DNA of 18,478 nt, taken from positions 1 to 18,478 of the forward strand of contig JAZDJN010000069.1 in NCBI GenBank assembly GCA_043803945.1, read 5' to 3'. This DNA is from a bacterium (GTDB taxonomy: Bacteria; Bacteroidota; Ignavibacteria; UBA10030). The position numbers and the translations under genes are program-made. The notes under the pieces were generated by a model, which searched no databases, had not been told where the DNA came from, and worked only from the letters and a program-made list of their open reading frames with translations. This document shows, one piece after another, positions 7,488 to 15,968 of this stretch; position 1 is the first letter of the stretch, and every line of letters starts with the position of its first letter.

Positions 7488-8120
7488 ATGAAGAGCAAAA
7501 CAACACTATGGAATCCGCAGGAACGGAAACTTCTTGCATCGTTACGCTCACCGGAAGGTGTCCAGCAGTATCTCGACAATCTTCCTTATAATGCGAAGGA
7601 GAGCTGTTACTCTCCCCGGTTTGTCATGAACAGCGGGGCAGCACACTGTATGGAGGGAGCCCTCTTTGCGGCGGCCGCGCTTGAATTCCTTGGGTACAAG
7701 CCGCTGATTGTCGATCTGATCGCTCAACGCGATGATGATCACATCATTGCCATCTATAAGCGAAACGGAAAATGGGGGTGTGTGGCGAAATCGAATTATA
7801 CAGGTCTTCGATACCGGTCGCCGGTCTACCGGACATTGCGCGAACTCGCGCTTTCGTTCTTCGACGATTACTTCAATGTGAAACAGGAGCTTACGCTGCG
7901 AGGGTATTCCCCGCCGCTCCTGCTGTCGAAGAGGCATTTTGGGAAGTGGCAGATTCGTGAAGACGATCTCTACGATGTCTCCGATCACTTTGAGAAGATG
8001 AAACAAATTCCTCTGATCACAAAGGCTGAAGTCCGTTCCTTGCGGCGTGTTGATGACAAGTTGTATCGGGCGGGATTGCTCGGCTCGAACCCGAAAGGAT
8101 TGTATAAGATAAAAGTGTAA
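7488..8120 (+). CDS. Conserved hypothetical protein, transglutaminase/papain-like fold with a putative Cys-His-Asp site
   Basis: SD GGAG upstream. Motifs 'QQYLDNLPYN', 'AHCMEGALFAAAAL', 'DDDHIIAIY', 'KSNYTGLRYR'. Confidence 0.7.
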   Translation: MKSKTTLWNPQERKLLASLRSPEGVQQYLDNLPYNAKESCYSPRFVMNSGAAHCMEGALFAAAALEFLGYKPLIVDLIAQRDDDHIIAIYKRNGKWGCVAKSNYTGLRYRSPVYRTLRELALSFFDDYFNVKQELTLRGYSPPLLLSKRHFGKWQIREDDLYDVSDHFEKMKQIPLITKAEVRSLRRVDDKLYRAGLLGSNPKGLYKIKV

Positions 8121-8223
8121 CCTGACAGCACGAAGTGAGTATCAAAAATTAACACAACTGCATAACGTGCTTTTCAGATGGTTACGTAAAAACTGATTGG
8201 GATGATTATGAAGCTGTTTTTCG

Positions 8224-8282
8224 GACTCACCCCCCTTTCTCCCCCTTCTCTAAAAATAGAGAAGGGGGTTGGGGGATGAGTC
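8224..8282. repeat. GC-rich REP-like palindrome
   Basis: GACTCA-CCCCC...CCCCCTTCTCTA-AAAA-TAGAGAAGGGGG-TT-GGGGG-A-TGAGTC forms one long hairpin. Confidence 0.75.
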
Positions 8283-8370
8283 AGAAGACAACGGTGATTC
8301 ATCAATTGTTTGCATTGTCATTTTGCCCTTTTCAATATTATTTTTGATTTCAAAACCACAAAGGATAACC

Positions 8371-11300
8371 ATGAACAAGCAGAAACATTCTGGATTCACA
8401 AAACAGCCAGGGCGTCTCCTGTGCATTTTTGCCCTCATACCCTTGCTAACGCACTTGCTCTACGCCGATGCGCCGCAAGGTTACTATCGGTTCCCGGCGC
8501 TCTCGGGAAACAAAATCGTCTTTACCGCAGAGGGCGATCTCTGGAAAGTAGATCTCGCCGGCGGCATTGCACAACGCCTCACTTCACACCTTGGCTCAGA
8601 GACATACGCCGCTGTCTCACCCGATGGTAAACTGATTGCCTTCTCGGCTCAGTACGAAGGCCCGACAGAAGTGTACACTATGCCGATTGAAGGCGGCCTT
8701 CCCACGCGCCGGACATTCGACGGCGATGCCGCCATTGTTATTGGCTGGACACCCGATGGAAAAATTCTTTATCAGAGCGGACATTTCTCGACACTTCCGA
8801 ACAAACAACTCCTCACAATCGATCTGAAAACAGGAACAGTAAATTTGCTGCCGTTGAGCCAGGCAAGCGACGGGTATTTCGATGGCACGGGAATTACACT
8901 CTATTTCACAAGGCTGCCGTTTCAGGGAAGCCACACGAAGCGGTATAAAGGAGGCACAGCACAAAATATCTGGAAGTATGTACTCGGTTCATCGGAGGCC
9001 GTACCGCTCACACCCGATTATCCGGGCACGAGTAAAACTCCACAGTGGTGGAAGAATCGTCTTTACTTTGCAAGCGACCGCGATGGAACCATGAACCTCT
9101 GGTCGATGAACGAAAACGGTAAAGATCTCAAACAAGTGACTGTTCATAAAGGATGGGATGTGAAGTCTCCCGCACTTCGTGATGGTAAAATTGTCTATCA
9201 GCTTGGTGCCGATCTTCATGTCTATGACATCGAAACGAACACCGACCACCTCGTACCGATCACGCTCTCCTCAGATTTCGATCAGGAGCGCGAAAAATGG
9301 GTCAAGAAACCCCTCGACTATCTCACATCAAGCAGCATCTCTCCAACGGGAGATAAAATCGGACTTGTGTCGCGCGGACAGGTGTATGTTGCACCCGCCC
9401 AACAGGGAAGGTTGACGGAAGCTTCCAGGAAAAAGACAGTTCGATATTACAGCGCTCAATTTATGCCAGATGGCAAATCGCTTGTTGTTCTCTCGGATGA
9501 AACGGGTGACCTTGAGTTCTGGAAAATACCCGCCAATGGTATCGGCGATCCGGAGCAGCTGACACGGGAGGGCAAAGTGTATAAGTTCGACGGGACACTC
9601 TCTCCGGATGGGAAATGGCTGGTGTTTGGCGACAAAGATCAGAAGTTGTGGCTCTTCAATATGACCGAGAAGAGCATGAAGCAGATAGCATCGTCCGAGG
9701 TGGATGGATTCGGAGGGTTCAACTGGTCTCCTGACAGCAAGTGGTTTACCTATGTAGAGTCTGCCAAAAATCTTACTTCACAGATCAAACTGTACAATGT
9801 TGCCGAGGGGAAGAGCGTTGTTCTTACACGGGACCGTGTCGACAGCTACAGTCCGGTCTGGAGCGAGGACGGCAAATGGATCTATTTCTTCTCTGATCGA
9901 TTCTTTCAATCGCTCGTTGGCAGTCCGTGGGGAGCACGGCAGCCGGAGCCGTTTTTTGATAAAACAACAAAACTCTACACCGTGTCATTGAGGAAAGAGG
10001 GCCGCTCTCCATTCCTTCCGTCTGATGAACTTTCTGCGGCACAACCGGAGGAGAAGGAAAAAGAGAAGGGGGCAGAGAAAAAGAAGGAAGGAGAGGAGCA
10101 GAAAAAAGACAAGGGTATAGAGGTTCTGATCGATGTTGATGGAATTCAGGACCGGGTAATGGAAGTGCCGGTGCCAGCCGGCCGGTATCGTGAGTTGACG
10201 ATGAACGACAAGTACCTCTTCTGGGTAGAATCTGATCTCTCGGCCAACGCGAAGATCAAGCTTGTCGCTCTCGAAATCAAAAATAAAGATATTGCCGCGA
10301 AAACCCTTCTCGAAGAAGTGAACGGCTATGAGCTTTCACGCAACGGGAAGAAGATTCTCGTTCATAAAGGAAGCGACTTCTATGTCATTGATGCGGCATC
10401 CTCGCCTCCCTCGGAGCTGCCCAAGAGCAAAGTAAATCTGGATAGTTGGAGTTTTACGGTCAACCCAAAACAGGAGTGGCGCAGCATGCTCATTGAAGCA
10501 TGGCGGATGGAACGGGATTATTTCTATGATCCCAACCTCCATGGCATTGACTATCAGGGATTGCTGAATCGGCATCTCGAGGTTGTTCACCGCGTGACAG
10601 ATCGGGATGAATTGAATGATTTGATTTCGAGCCTCGTCGGCGAACTGGCCGCACTCCACATTTTTGTTTCTGGCGGCGATCGGCGGACAAGCCCGGACCA
10701 AATTACTCCGGCATCACTCGGAGTGCTTCTGGTAAAGGATGAGTCGAACGGCGGGTACAGAATTCAACATATCTATCAATCCGATCCGGATTATCCCGAT
10801 GTTGCTTCACCTCTGAGTAAACCGGGCCTCACAATTCGCGAGGGAGATATCATCAAGTCGATTAATGGTGCACCAATACTTTCCGTGGAATCTCCTTCAT
10901 TGCTTCTCAGAAATCAAACAGGCCAGCAGGTGTTGCTCAAACTCAAATCGGCAAGCACTGGAAAAGAGTACGATGCCGTTGTAAAGCCGTTCTCTCAGGG
11001 AGAAGAATCAAACCTCCGCTACTCCGAATGGGAATATACACGCCGGTTGCGGGTAGAGGATGCGGGCAAGGGAGACCTCGGGTATGTTCACCTTCGAGCA
11101 ATGGGCGGGGGCAACTACACCGAGTGGGTCAAGAATTTTTATCCGGTCTTCAATCGCAAGGGGCTCATTATCGATGTGCGCCATAACCGGGGCGGGAATA
11201 TCGATTCGTGGATTCTGGAAAAATTGATGAGGAAAGCATGGTTTTTCTGGAAGAACAGAATGGCCATGCCAACGTGGAATATGCAGTATGCGTTCCGGGG

Positions 11301-11691
11301 ACACCTGGTGGTTCTCTGCAACGAGTTCACGGCTTCGGATGGTGAAGCGTTTACCGAAGGATTTCGCCGTCTCGGGTTGGGCAAGGTTATCGGCACCCGC
11401 ACCTGGGGAGGCGAGATCTGGCTTTCTGCACGGCCATGGCTGCAGGATAGAGGAATGGCAACAGCGGCTGAGACCGGAGTGTACGGCCCTGGAGGCGAGT
11501 GGCTCATCGAAGGCCATGGTGTCGATCCTGATATGGCGGTCGATAATTTGCCGAAAGAAACATTCGAGGGCAAAGATACACAGCTTGAAGCTGCCATAAA
11601 GTACCTGCAGGAGCAAATCAAACTGCACCCGGTGGAAGTACCGCCGGCGCCGAAATTTCCAAACAAAGCATTTGATTACAATAAGAAATAA
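8371..11691 (+). CDS. Tricorn protease homolog (peptidase S41B), secreted
   Basis: PD40 propellers 'YRFPAL..KIVFTAEGDLW' and 'SPDGK.IAF', 'KRYKGGTA', a PDZ segment, 'IIDVRHNRGG', catalytic 'TASDGEAF', 'GTRTWGG', 'IEGHGVDPD'. Start set at ATG 8371, with AAGGA SD and a signal peptide ending LYA. Confidence 0.95.
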   Translation: MNKQKHSGFTKQPGRLLCIFALIPLLTHLLYADAPQGYYRFPALSGNKIVFTAEGDLWKVDLAGGIAQRLTSHLGSETYAAVSPDGKLIAFSAQYEGPTEVYTMPIEGGLPTRRTFDGDAAIVIGWTPDGKILYQSGHFSTLPNKQLLTIDLKTGTVNLLPLSQASDGYFDGTGITLYFTRLPFQGSHTKRYKGGTAQNIWKYVLGSSEAVPLTPDYPGTSKTPQWWKNRLYFASDRDGTMNLWSMNENGKDLKQVTVHKGWDVKSPALRDGKIVYQLGADLHVYDIETNTDHLVPITLSSDFDQEREKWVKKPLDYLTSSSISPTGDKIGLVSRGQVYVAPAQQGRLTEASRKKTVRYYSAQFMPDGKSLVVLSDETGDLEFWKIPANGIGDPEQLTREGKVYKFDGTLSPDGKWLVFGDKDQKLWLFNMTEKSMKQIASSEVDGFGGFNWSPDSKWFTYVESAKNLTSQIKLYNVAEGKSVVLTRDRVDSYSPVWSEDGKWIYFFSDRFFQSLVGSPWGARQPEPFFDKTTKLYTVSLRKEGRSPFLPSDELSAAQPEEKEKEKGAEKKKEGEEQKKDKGIEVLIDVDGIQDRVMEVPVPAGRYRELTMNDKYLFWVESDLSANAKIKLVALEIKNKDIAAKTLLEEVNGYELSRNGKKILVHKGSDFYVIDAASSPPSELPKSKVNLDSWSFTVNPKQEWRSMLIEAWRMERDYFYDPNLHGIDYQGLLNRHLEVVHRVTDRDELNDLISSLVGELAALHIFVSGGDRRTSPDQITPASLGVLLVKDESNGGYRIQHIYQSDPDYPDVASPLSKPGLTIREGDIIKSINGAPILSVESPSLLLRNQTGQQVLLKLKSASTGKEYDAVVKPFSQGEESNLRYSEWEYTRRLRVEDAGKGDLGYVHLRAMGGGNYTEWVKNFYPVFNRKGLIIDVRHNRGGNIDSWILEKLMRKAWFFWKNRMAMPTWNMQYAFRGHLVVLCNEFTASDGEAFTEGFRRLGLGKVIGTRTWGGEIWLSARPWLQDRGMATAAETGVYGPGGEWLIEGHGVDPDMAVDNLPKETFEGKDTQLEAAIKYLQEQIKLHPVEVPPAPKFPNKAFDYNKK

Positions 11692-11714
11692 GATTGGAGA
11701 AGGAGAAATTTGTC

Positions 11715-12614
11715 ATGGAGTCAACAATCATTCTTAAGCTTTCAACGGTAATGCTGGGCATTCTGTTTTCTATCACAATGGTGCATGCACAGAAGCTCAA
11801 AGTTCTTATCTCTGTGGACATGGAAGGGATTACCGGCGTGGTGAACAGCGAACAGGTTACTCCGGGCCCCGATTACAACCTTGCACGCAAGTGGATGGCA
11901 GGAGATGTGAACGCGGCCGTCCAGGGTGCGCTCGATGCAGGTGCAACAGAAATTCTTGTAAACGATTCGCATGGCAGCATGCGCAACATTATCATGAATG
12001 ATCTTCACCCTGCCGCAATGCTGATTTCCGGTACGCCAAAGCCGCTCGGTATGATGCAGGGGATTGACGAAAGTATCGATGCCGTACTCTTTGTAGGGTA
12101 CCACGCTCGTGCCGGTACCATCGACGGCGTTCTCGATCATACAATCTCGAGTACCACGGTCTCATCTATCATCATCAATGGCAAAGAGCTGCCGGAACTG
12201 GGCATCAATGCTCTGGTGGCAGGCTATTTCGGTGTGCCGGTCGTATTTCTTTCCGGTGATAAAACAACCTGCGAACAGGCAACAGTGCTCCTTGGGAATA
12301 AGATAACAACTGTTGCTGTGAAGGAAGCGATAGGCCGGTATGCAGCCAAGAACCTTTCACTTGAAAAAGCACAACAACTGATACGCGAACAGGTAAAACA
12401 AGCGCTCGGGAAACGCAAAGAAGTTAAACCGTTTAACTTCGCGGCGCCATATATGTATGAGTTAAAATATTTCCGAAGCTCTCAAGCCGACAATGCAATG
12501 GCAATACCGGGAGTGAAACGTCTGAATGCCCTCACGGTGCAGATTGAATCGCAGGATTATCTTGCCGGCTATAAATTTTTTCGTGCGCTGATTACGCTGG
12601 GGCGCGATAATTAA
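11715..12614 (+). CDS. dppA: D-aminopeptidase DppA (peptidase M55) with an N-terminal signal peptide
   Basis: Zn-ligand motifs 'SVDMEG', 'NDSHG', 'GYHA', 'LDHT', 'PELG', 'SGD', 'VKEA'. SD AAGGAG before ATG 11715. Confidence 0.92.
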   Translation: MESTIILKLSTVMLGILFSITMVHAQKLKVLISVDMEGITGVVNSEQVTPGPDYNLARKWMAGDVNAAVQGALDAGATEILVNDSHGSMRNIIMNDLHPAAMLISGTPKPLGMMQGIDESIDAVLFVGYHARAGTIDGVLDHTISSTTVSSIIINGKELPELGINALVAGYFGVPVVFLSGDKTTCEQATVLLGNKITTVAVKEAIGRYAAKNLSLEKAQQLIREQVKQALGKRKEVKPFNFAAPYMYELKYFRSSQADNAMAIPGVKRLNALTVQIESQDYLAGYKFFRALITLGRDN

Positions 12615-12629
12615 TTAGGGCTATTACTG

Positions 12630-12693
12630 AAATATAATGATGTATTTTGGATCCCATACTCTCTCCCCCCAAGACGAGGACATCATTATATTT
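12630..12693. repeat. Perfect 14-bp inverted repeat with a 36-nt spacer
   Basis: AAATATAATGATGT (12630-12643) and ACATCATTATATTT (12680-12693). Inner TTTTGG/CCAAGA pairing is also possible. Confidence 0.7.
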
Positions 12694-12730
12694 TTCGACC
12701 TCAGATTTTTTATAGAGGACAGACCAAACT

Positions 12731-12754
12731 GTAGGACAAGTCGCTGACTCGTCC
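12731..12754 (+). repeat. GTAG-type REP-like hairpin
   Basis: GTAG foot overlapping the stem GGACAAGTC-GCT-GACTCGTCC (one mismatch). Confidence 0.45.
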
Positions 12755-12912
12755 ATAGTGAGATTGCGACAATATATCATAGTACGGGCGTTCAAAGTTT
12801 GTACAGACCTTCCCAAAAATGTATAGAGCGAACCCAGTCTGTTGGGGCGGCAGTACAAGCGGGGGCGGAGTCACATTTTCTCAACAGCCATGCAAAACAC
12901 CAGACTATCTGT

Positions 12913-12933
12913 CGTCTCCCTACGAGGGGGACG
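12913..12933 (+). other. GC-rich hairpin
   Basis: CGTCTCCC-TACGA-GGGGGACG, no U tract. Confidence 0.4.
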
Positions 12934-12986
12934 CACATGAATTTCTGAATGCAATGAGAGAAATTTATTCAGGACATAGGGAACGT

Positions 12987-13292
12987 ATGAAAATTCTTGC
13001 GCTTGAAAAAGAAGTACCCGGAGTAACAAACGATCAATTCACACCGGAGCTCTTACGTCAGGAAGCAGTAAAAGCTTGGGAGCTTTATCAGTCCGGGATT
13101 ATCCGCGAGATATACTTTCGCCAGGATTGGCATGGCGCCGTGCTGATGCTGGAATGTGCAGATAGCACAGCGGCAAGATCAATTCTCGGAACACTGCCGC
13201 TGGTAAGAGACAAACTCATCGACTTTGAAATCATACCTCTCGGTCCCTATACTGGATTTTCACGATTATTTTCTCCTCAGCCCCATCAATAA
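12987..13292 (+). CDS. Muconolactone delta-isomerase-like (dimeric alpha-beta barrel) small protein
   Basis: 'EAVKAWELYQSGIIREIYFR...GAVLMLEC...ARSILGTLPLV..KLIDFEIIPLGPY' matches the MIase-like family pattern. Start moved to ATG 12987 (101 aa). Confidence 0.75.
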   Translation: MKILALEKEVPGVTNDQFTPELLRQEAVKAWELYQSGIIREIYFRQDWHGAVLMLECADSTAARSILGTLPLVRDKLIDFEIIPLGPYTGFSRLFSPQPHQ

Positions 13293-13334
13293 TCTAACGA
13301 CAGGAGATATTTGTTCAAGCGTGACAATTCCTTA

Positions 13335-13359
13335 TCTTCCCTCTGAAACGAAGGGAAGA
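13335..13359 (+). promoter_or_regulatory. Hairpin covering a purine-rich putative RBS region of the next gene
   Basis: TCTTCCCT (13335-13342) pairs with AGGGAAGA (13352-13359). Confidence 0.35.
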
Positions 13360-13372
13360 ATCGTGTACCATC

Positions 13373-13816
13373 ATGGATGATCCATTAAAAGTTCTTGCTG
13401 TTTTCGGAGCAGCAATCGTAGAAATCTGGGCTGCCGTCCCGACCGGATTTTATTTGGGCCTCCATCCGATTGAGATTGCTCTTATCTCGGCGGCGGGAGG
13501 ATTGTTTGGCGTGGCACTGGTTTTCCTGCTTGGAGAACCAGTGAGGAATTTAATCCTGAGGCGGTATAAGCGCCAGATGGAAGAAGGAAAATCTTCCCGC
13601 ATCCGGGAAATCTGGTTCAAGTATGGTATTATCGGACTGGGATTACTGGCGCCATGGCTCACCGGCGCACCGCTTGGTGTTGCACTTGGGTTATTGCTCG
13701 GTGCGCGCCCACGACAACTGCTTATCTGGATCAGCCTTGGTACGATCCTGTGCAGCATCCTGCTGACGATTTCCGCAGCACTCACCATTGCGGGCATTGA
13801 TGCTGCAAGCCGCTAA
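13373..13816 (+). CDS. Small integral membrane protein, 'small multidrug export protein'-like
   Basis: 'EIWAAVPTG...GLHP', 'KYGIIGLGLLAPWLTGAPLG' and about four hydrophobic segments. Confidence 0.75.
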   Translation: MDDPLKVLAVFGAAIVEIWAAVPTGFYLGLHPIEIALISAAGGLFGVALVFLLGEPVRNLILRRYKRQMEEGKSSRIREIWFKYGIIGLGLLAPWLTGAPLGVALGLLLGARPRQLLIWISLGTILCSILLTISAALTIAGIDAASR

Positions 13817-13903
13817 AGTTCATATGACCGTTCGTTCTACTGCCGGAAATGTAATAGAAGAAAAAATGAACGTGTGAGAAATATCCATCGGCCGCTCATA
13901 CTC

Positions 13904-14029
13904 GCAACGCAATCGATTCCCAGAAATTATGTTATCGACAAACAGGGAAAGATTGTCTATCAGGGAATGGGATATACGTCGGAAGAATTTGCGCACATGA
14001 TTGAGGTAATCAAGACACAACTCAAATAA
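13904..14029 (+). pseudogene. C-terminal fragment of a TlpA/AhpC-TSA-like thioredoxin-fold protein
   Basis: Frame reads ATQSIPRNYVIDKQGKIVYQGMGYTSEEFAHMIEVIKTQLK*, with the cis-Pro loop and 'IDKxGKI' typical of TlpA C-termini. No 'FWATWCxxC' N-terminal half and no ATG upstream in frame. Confidence 0.7.
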
Positions 14030-14152
14030 GCCCTCCTGTGGTTGCCACCCAAAAGCCACCCTATACATTTAGATACTTCACCCGAGCGCAGATAAGGGAC
14101 ATTATTCTTCATCCTTTTGTATTCTTTGCGATCTCAGCAGTTAATGATTCTC

Positions 14153-14181
14153 TTGACTTTCATATTCTATAATTATAACAT
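14153..14181 (+). promoter_or_regulatory. Putative sigma70-like promoter
   Basis: TTGACT (14153-14158), 17 nt, TAACAT (14176-14181). Confidence 0.5.
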
Positions 14182-14389
14182 TGCATTCATCAGGGCCGCC
14201 TACCGTAACTGAAACAGTCGATTTGAGATAGGCATTCGAAGACTCGACAATACATGTTTTAGTCTAACACTAAAGCATTAAAATGTTGTGCACTCCTTTC
14301 TGATACATACGATACCGATCAATTTCATTCTATAGAACGTTGCTGCTCGTACCATGAGCGCCAGAAACTCCAGAACTGGAGGGAGAACG

Positions 14390-14458
14390 ATGCAACGCTT
14401 CATTGCTATTTGCTTTATAGCACTACTCAATCTCAAGGAGGTGATGAGAAATGCTTAA
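14390..14458 (+). CDS. 22-aa upstream ORF MQRFIAICFIALLNLKEVMRNA overlapping the next start
   Basis: Preceded by GGAGGGAG. Signal-peptide-like N-terminus. Its stop lies just inside the 14451 gene. Confidence 0.35.
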   Translation: MQRFIAICFIALLNLKEVMRNA

Positions 14459-15662
14459 AGTTCTAACGATCGCTGTTTTCTTAGCCGCTTCCGCCACCCG
14501 TGTAAGTACCCAAACGTTGGAAGGTATGGCAAAGGAGGTTTGGAGTGAGCCACAGATAATTCTCCCGACCGGTAAAGCCGTAAATCCTGCGATCACCAGT
14601 ACAGGCGACACGTTATATTGTCTTGGCATGAATGGACTTTCTCGCAGTGTGAAGGTTAGCGGTGTATGGTTAATGCCTCAAGCTCTGCCAGCATGGGTGA
14701 ACTCATCTCTTGCTAGGTACCCGGCGATAACTCCCGACGAACGGCGATTGTACTTCATTGATTATGGAGGATACGGTGGATGGGATTTGTGGATGACGGA
14801 GTGGTCAGACAGCTTGAAGGATTGGACCGAGGTAATTAACTTAGGCCCCACGATAAACACAAGCAAAGATGAATGGTGCGCTTTTGCACCAGACAATAAA
14901 ACGCTCATCTTTGTTCGGGATGTGTTTACATCACAGATTCTTCTTTCACGCTGGAATGATTCGACAAAATCCTGGTCAGCGCCGATATCCCTTGACCAGG
15001 AAAGAGTATCACGAGGGTGGGGAGTAAGCGGAATTACAATGCCTGGCAACAAAAAGAAGTTATACGTGGGTCGATATACTCAAGTAAATGGCTTCTTTGA
15101 GTGGGAGTTGATGGTGTCTTACAAAGATAGTGCAACAGGACGGTTCACCATGCCGCTACGTTTGAATATTAACTCACATCCTCCAGATACAACACCGACT
15201 TATAATCCCGAGAACCGCGGCTATGACGCCTTTCCGTCGGTTACGCCGGATGGGAAATGGATGTTTTTTGAAACTGACCGCTCACCAGACTCCATCAATA
15301 CGAACTATCACGATATCTATGTCAGCCGTTTGCTATTAGATGAGAATGGAGACACGGTGATGACGTCAGTGTATGATGATCTTGTTCAAAAACTTATAGG
15401 CACGCGGCTCGTAGGCAATTATCCAAACCCATTGAATCCATCGACAACGATTGTATTCGAAGTAAACAGGCAAGAACCGGTTAAGATAACGCTGTATGAT
15501 ATAACAGGCAGAATGATCCGAGTGTTAGTTGATTCAGTCTATGGACCGGGGAGATGCCGCGTTCCTGTTAACCTCGGTAATTTACCCTCGGGGACTTATT
15601 TCTATCAGATAGAGGTCAAGAACAGTCAAGCTCAATGTAGGAAGTTGATTCTTATTCATTAA
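14451..15662 (+). CDS. Secreted PD40/WD40-like beta-propeller protein with T9SS-type C-terminal sorting domain
   Basis: SD AAGGAGGTG and a signal peptide. Repeats 'PAITPDERRLYF..GGYGGWDLW', 'NLGPTINT', 'FPSVTPDGKWMFFETDR'. C-terminus GNYPNPLNPSTTI...LPSGTYFY. Confidence 0.85.
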   Translation: MLKVLTIAVFLAASATRVSTQTLEGMAKEVWSEPQIILPTGKAVNPAITSTGDTLYCLGMNGLSRSVKVSGVWLMPQALPAWVNSSLARYPAITPDERRLYFIDYGGYGGWDLWMTEWSDSLKDWTEVINLGPTINTSKDEWCAFAPDNKTLIFVRDVFTSQILLSRWNDSTKSWSAPISLDQERVSRGWGVSGITMPGNKKKLYVGRYTQVNGFFEWELMVSYKDSATGRFTMPLRLNINSHPPDTTPTYNPENRGYDAFPSVTPDGKWMFFETDRSPDSINTNYHDIYVSRLLLDENGDTVMTSVYDDLVQKLIGTRLVGNYPNPLNPSTTIVFEVNRQEPVKITLYDITGRMIRVLVDSVYGPGRCRVPVNLGNLPSGTYFYQIEVKNSQAQCRKLILIH

Positions 15663-15690
15663 GACTATAATTGATCATCGAAATATTAAC

Positions 15691-15718
15691 TTGACATTTT
15701 CAAAGAATCATATACGTT
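15691..15718 (+). promoter_or_regulatory. Putative sigma70-like promoter
   Basis: TTGACA (15691-15696), 16 nt, TACGTT (15713-15718). Confidence 0.5.
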
Positions 15719-15968
15719 AAAGCTAAGCTCTCACCAGTCTACCGGTTCTAAGCAGGGACGATTCTAAGAAATATTCCTCTTTTTTCGTTGCCGGGTACGA
15801 GTGCATGATATAGAAGTTATGTAACAAATCTTCTCGTTCTATGCATATACCGATTCTCACTACTCTCCCCCTCTCCAAACGCTATTATTGCAGCAAGAAT
15901 ACACCAAAATGTGTTAGAGGAAAAGCAGAAAATATGGACAAGGAGAGCCATTTATTAATGGTGCACCA

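Noticed and set aside
7202-7591. 129-aa ORF bridging the VIT1 and transglutaminase-like genes
   Set aside because: It overlaps both real genes and translates the inverted-repeat element.
8269-8370. 34-aa N-terminal extension of tricorn
   Set aside because: It begins inside the REP-like hairpin. ATG 8371 has an SD and a normal signal peptide.
10043-10112. Purine-rich low-complexity stretch
   Set aside because: It encodes the Glu/Lys-rich linker common in bacterial tricorn homologs and is not a separate repeat.
6171-12418. Many overlapping antisense or alternate-frame ORFs (e.g. 6382-7047, 7548-8006, 11008-11628, 11139-11666)
   Set aside because: They are shadows of well-supported + strand genes and show no recognisable motifs.
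12819-12986. 56-aa N-terminal extension of the MIase-like ORF
   Set aside because: It runs through non-coding hairpins, and family similarity begins at MKILALEKE.
15722-15760. CCGGTTCTAAGC resembling a twister ribozyme core
   Set aside because: The required flanking stems and pseudoknot partners could not be found.
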